A program made the position numbers and the translations under genes. The notes below the pieces were generated by a model that worked only from the letters and a program-made list of their open reading frames with translations, had not been told where the DNA came from and did no database searches. From Felis catus (taxonomy: Eukaryota), in assembly GCF_018350175.1 (NCBI RefSeq), contig NC_058368.1:82586001-82650000 (forward strand): DNA of 64,000 bases. The letters run 5' to 3'. Shown here in pieces: positions 61,789-64,000 of the stretch. Position 1 is the stretch's first letter, and each line of letters begins with the position of its first letter.

Positions 61789-64000
61789 AAAGCACTGGGA
61801 ACTTTCCTGACCCGGGGGAGGGGCTCGGGGTGGGCCTGGGACCGCCCAAATGAGCAGGCCAGGCAGCTTTCCCTGTTCTGTGGTCTGAGGCAGAAGTTGC
61901 TCAAGGAGGGGCTCCCGGTCCCCCCTGGACAGGGGCCCACCCCAGTGCACCGGACACCCTAACCCAATAGTCGCGTCCCCATGCACCCACCAGGCAGGTC
62001 AAGAGGTCACTCAGAGGGTGCACTGCCTGTGTCTGCGGAGTGGCCTCGTGCGGAGTGGCCCCGACGGAGTGGGATCCCTGTTAAGCCCACCTGGGGAACT
62101 GCTTTGGACAGACTGTCAAAGAGAGAAACACACGAATGAGGAAACCAGATTAGTGGGCTTGGTCACCTGCATTTCAAGATCGTGAGACAGTTTATGCTAG
62201 AGATTTCTACAATGCCCGTGAACTTACCCCACGAGCCGCTATCGAGCATGTACAGTGCGCCAAGCAGACATGTGCAGGAGGCCTGCGTGGCGCTATCAGA
62301 AAGCCAGACGGCAACTTCATCCGCGGAGCAGAAAATGATTTCCTCTCGTCATGTGCTAGCTCCCTATTCTGGATTTCCTGGGGCTTCCTTTCTTAGGCTC
62401 AAGTCCAAACTAGCCTGGGAAGGATGCTGGGTCATCCCGACCTTGCCCCCCCAAGGGGGGAGGGGAGGATAGGGTGGAGGGCAGACCATCACCAGCCATG
62501 AGCTCATCACACAGGGCCCAGGGGACTAAATTGTGCAAGATAGGCCAGGACCCTCATTCTACCTTGGAAAAAATAGCACCTTATTTTTGGCTGGTCTTTA
62601 AACTGCACAGGCCAACATGAGTGGAACATTATTATGTGTTTAATTTTACGTATCAAAGCAACTTGTTTTTCTTCATTCTTCACTGATCTCTGTTTACTCT
62701 CCTCCATTAATATAATGTGGGCAAGTTTTTAGTATAAACCTAAGAGTCCATAAACACTCCCTCACCCTTGTTTGGTGTTGACCCCTCGGTAGCCCCGTGT
62801 CCGTATGCAGGGAGAAGGCACTCTATAAATGACCAACGAAATTATCTAGAACTCCCAGTTAACCCCGGGGAGGGGAGAAGTCAGCTCCAGGGCTGGGGTC
62901 CTCAAGCCCAGCTAGTGCCCATGTGCAGAAGGCCCCCAGGCGTGGCGTCCATTGCACAGAGGCCACCGCTGCAGGAGACACAGAGCAAGGCCTGACCGCC
63001 TGAAACACCTCCAGCCTGTGAGGCATCCCTTGCTGGTGGGTAACCTGCAACTGTGTCCAGCGACCCAGCATCTGTCCCTTGGGAAAGGTCACAGTTCACC
63101 CCGGCGTCTCCCCTCGACACGTGAATGTGGTGCCTCATATCCATCATGAGAAGGCCAGTGGGGGCCATGGGAGGTTGCTCAGCTCACAAAAGCAGGGCCT
63201 AGGGCGGGAGGAGGGTAGCTGCATGTTGTACATGCTGTCTCATCACGAGACAACTTCCTACAGTTTCCAAAATAGTTAACTGATTCATTAGTACTCACTT
63301 CCCACCATCAGGGCCTGTGCCACGGAGATAAAACCACGAAATGACCCAGAAAAACGCTACAGAATTGAAAACAACATGCCAAATAACTTCACGATGCACC
63401 TAGCGGGCAGCAAGGCCTGCTGTTTCTAGTTTCTTCCATAGCACATGCAGCCTCGTAAGAGTTGTTCTAACTACTCTAAATGCTTCATCAACTAACCTAG
63501 AACTCAGGAAAACCTCCCATTTCCTACTGCACCCGCAGGGAAAACACAGCCTCCTAACGACGTGGCACAACTGTTCCTGCAAAACTACATTTAAGGGTGA
63601 GGTTACGATTCTTGGTTAATATTTTACTTTTAAGTCACAAGCAGCTGCTTAAGGAAGATGCACAGAATGGATGGTGTTGGAAGCAGCCTGCGGTAAAGCT
63701 GGAGCTGGAGACACCTCTGGGTCCCCTTGGAGGGCAACCTGATGGGACAAGCGGGCCCCAAGGCCTGTGGGGCGGGGCAGGTAATGAAGTTGAGCCCACA
63801 GAGCCAGGAGCTCAGGGACCAGACCCCAGGTGCCCGCCACCAACTCGTGCTCTCCCAGCCTGGCCCTCTGCACAGCCACGTGCTGGACGAGACAGGGACA
63901 GGCACTCAGGCCCAGCACATCACCACCACTGTCACGCAACCCTCTTAGGAACCCTAGGAAACAGCCATTATTATCCTCTTTTTACAGACACAGAGAGGTT

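Larger units (their letters stand above)
28429..64000 (-). other. RASA3: RASA3 intron 1 (partial, >35 kb); exon 1 and promoter lie beyond the window end
   Basis: No sequence encoding the recalled exon-1 peptide MAVEDEGLRVFQSVKIKI was seen, and no promoter-scale CpG island occurs upstream of exon 2. Confidence 0.8.

Overview
Mammalian genomic DNA from a felid, identified by abundant tRNA-derived Can-SINEs of the cat type and carnivore L1s; the species cannot be fixed from sequence alone. The whole 64 kb lies inside RASA3 (GAP1-IP4BP, Ras/Rap GAP), transcribed from the minus strand. Four coding exons are present: exon 2 (28311-28428), exon 3 (17169-17272), exon 4 (7944-8038) and exon 5 (696-772). 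All have canonical AG/GT ends, splice in frame, and encode C2A and the start of C2B (about aa 19-150; numbering from recalled human RASA3). Exon 1 and exons 6 onward lie outside the window, so 28429-64000 is intron 1. The introns hold about 22 Can-SINEs (four very young, with perfect TSDs), two large L1 insertions, many old L1 fragments, a MER34-like solo LTR, a Tigger2a-like MITE split by an L1, an intragenic CpG island and at least eight minisatellites. I found no convincing new gene, RNA gene or CRISPR-like system; the long ORFs are L1 remnants or GC-rich/repeat artefacts. The best leads are hypotheses: a SINE-flanked, frame-symmetric exon 2+3 unit that would give a stop-free circRNA, near-adjacent inverted SINE hairpins, motif-dense minisatellites (EGR, CTCF-like, E-box) and a sense LTR lacking its poly(A) signal. 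Repeat family names come from recalled consensus sequences, not from a search.
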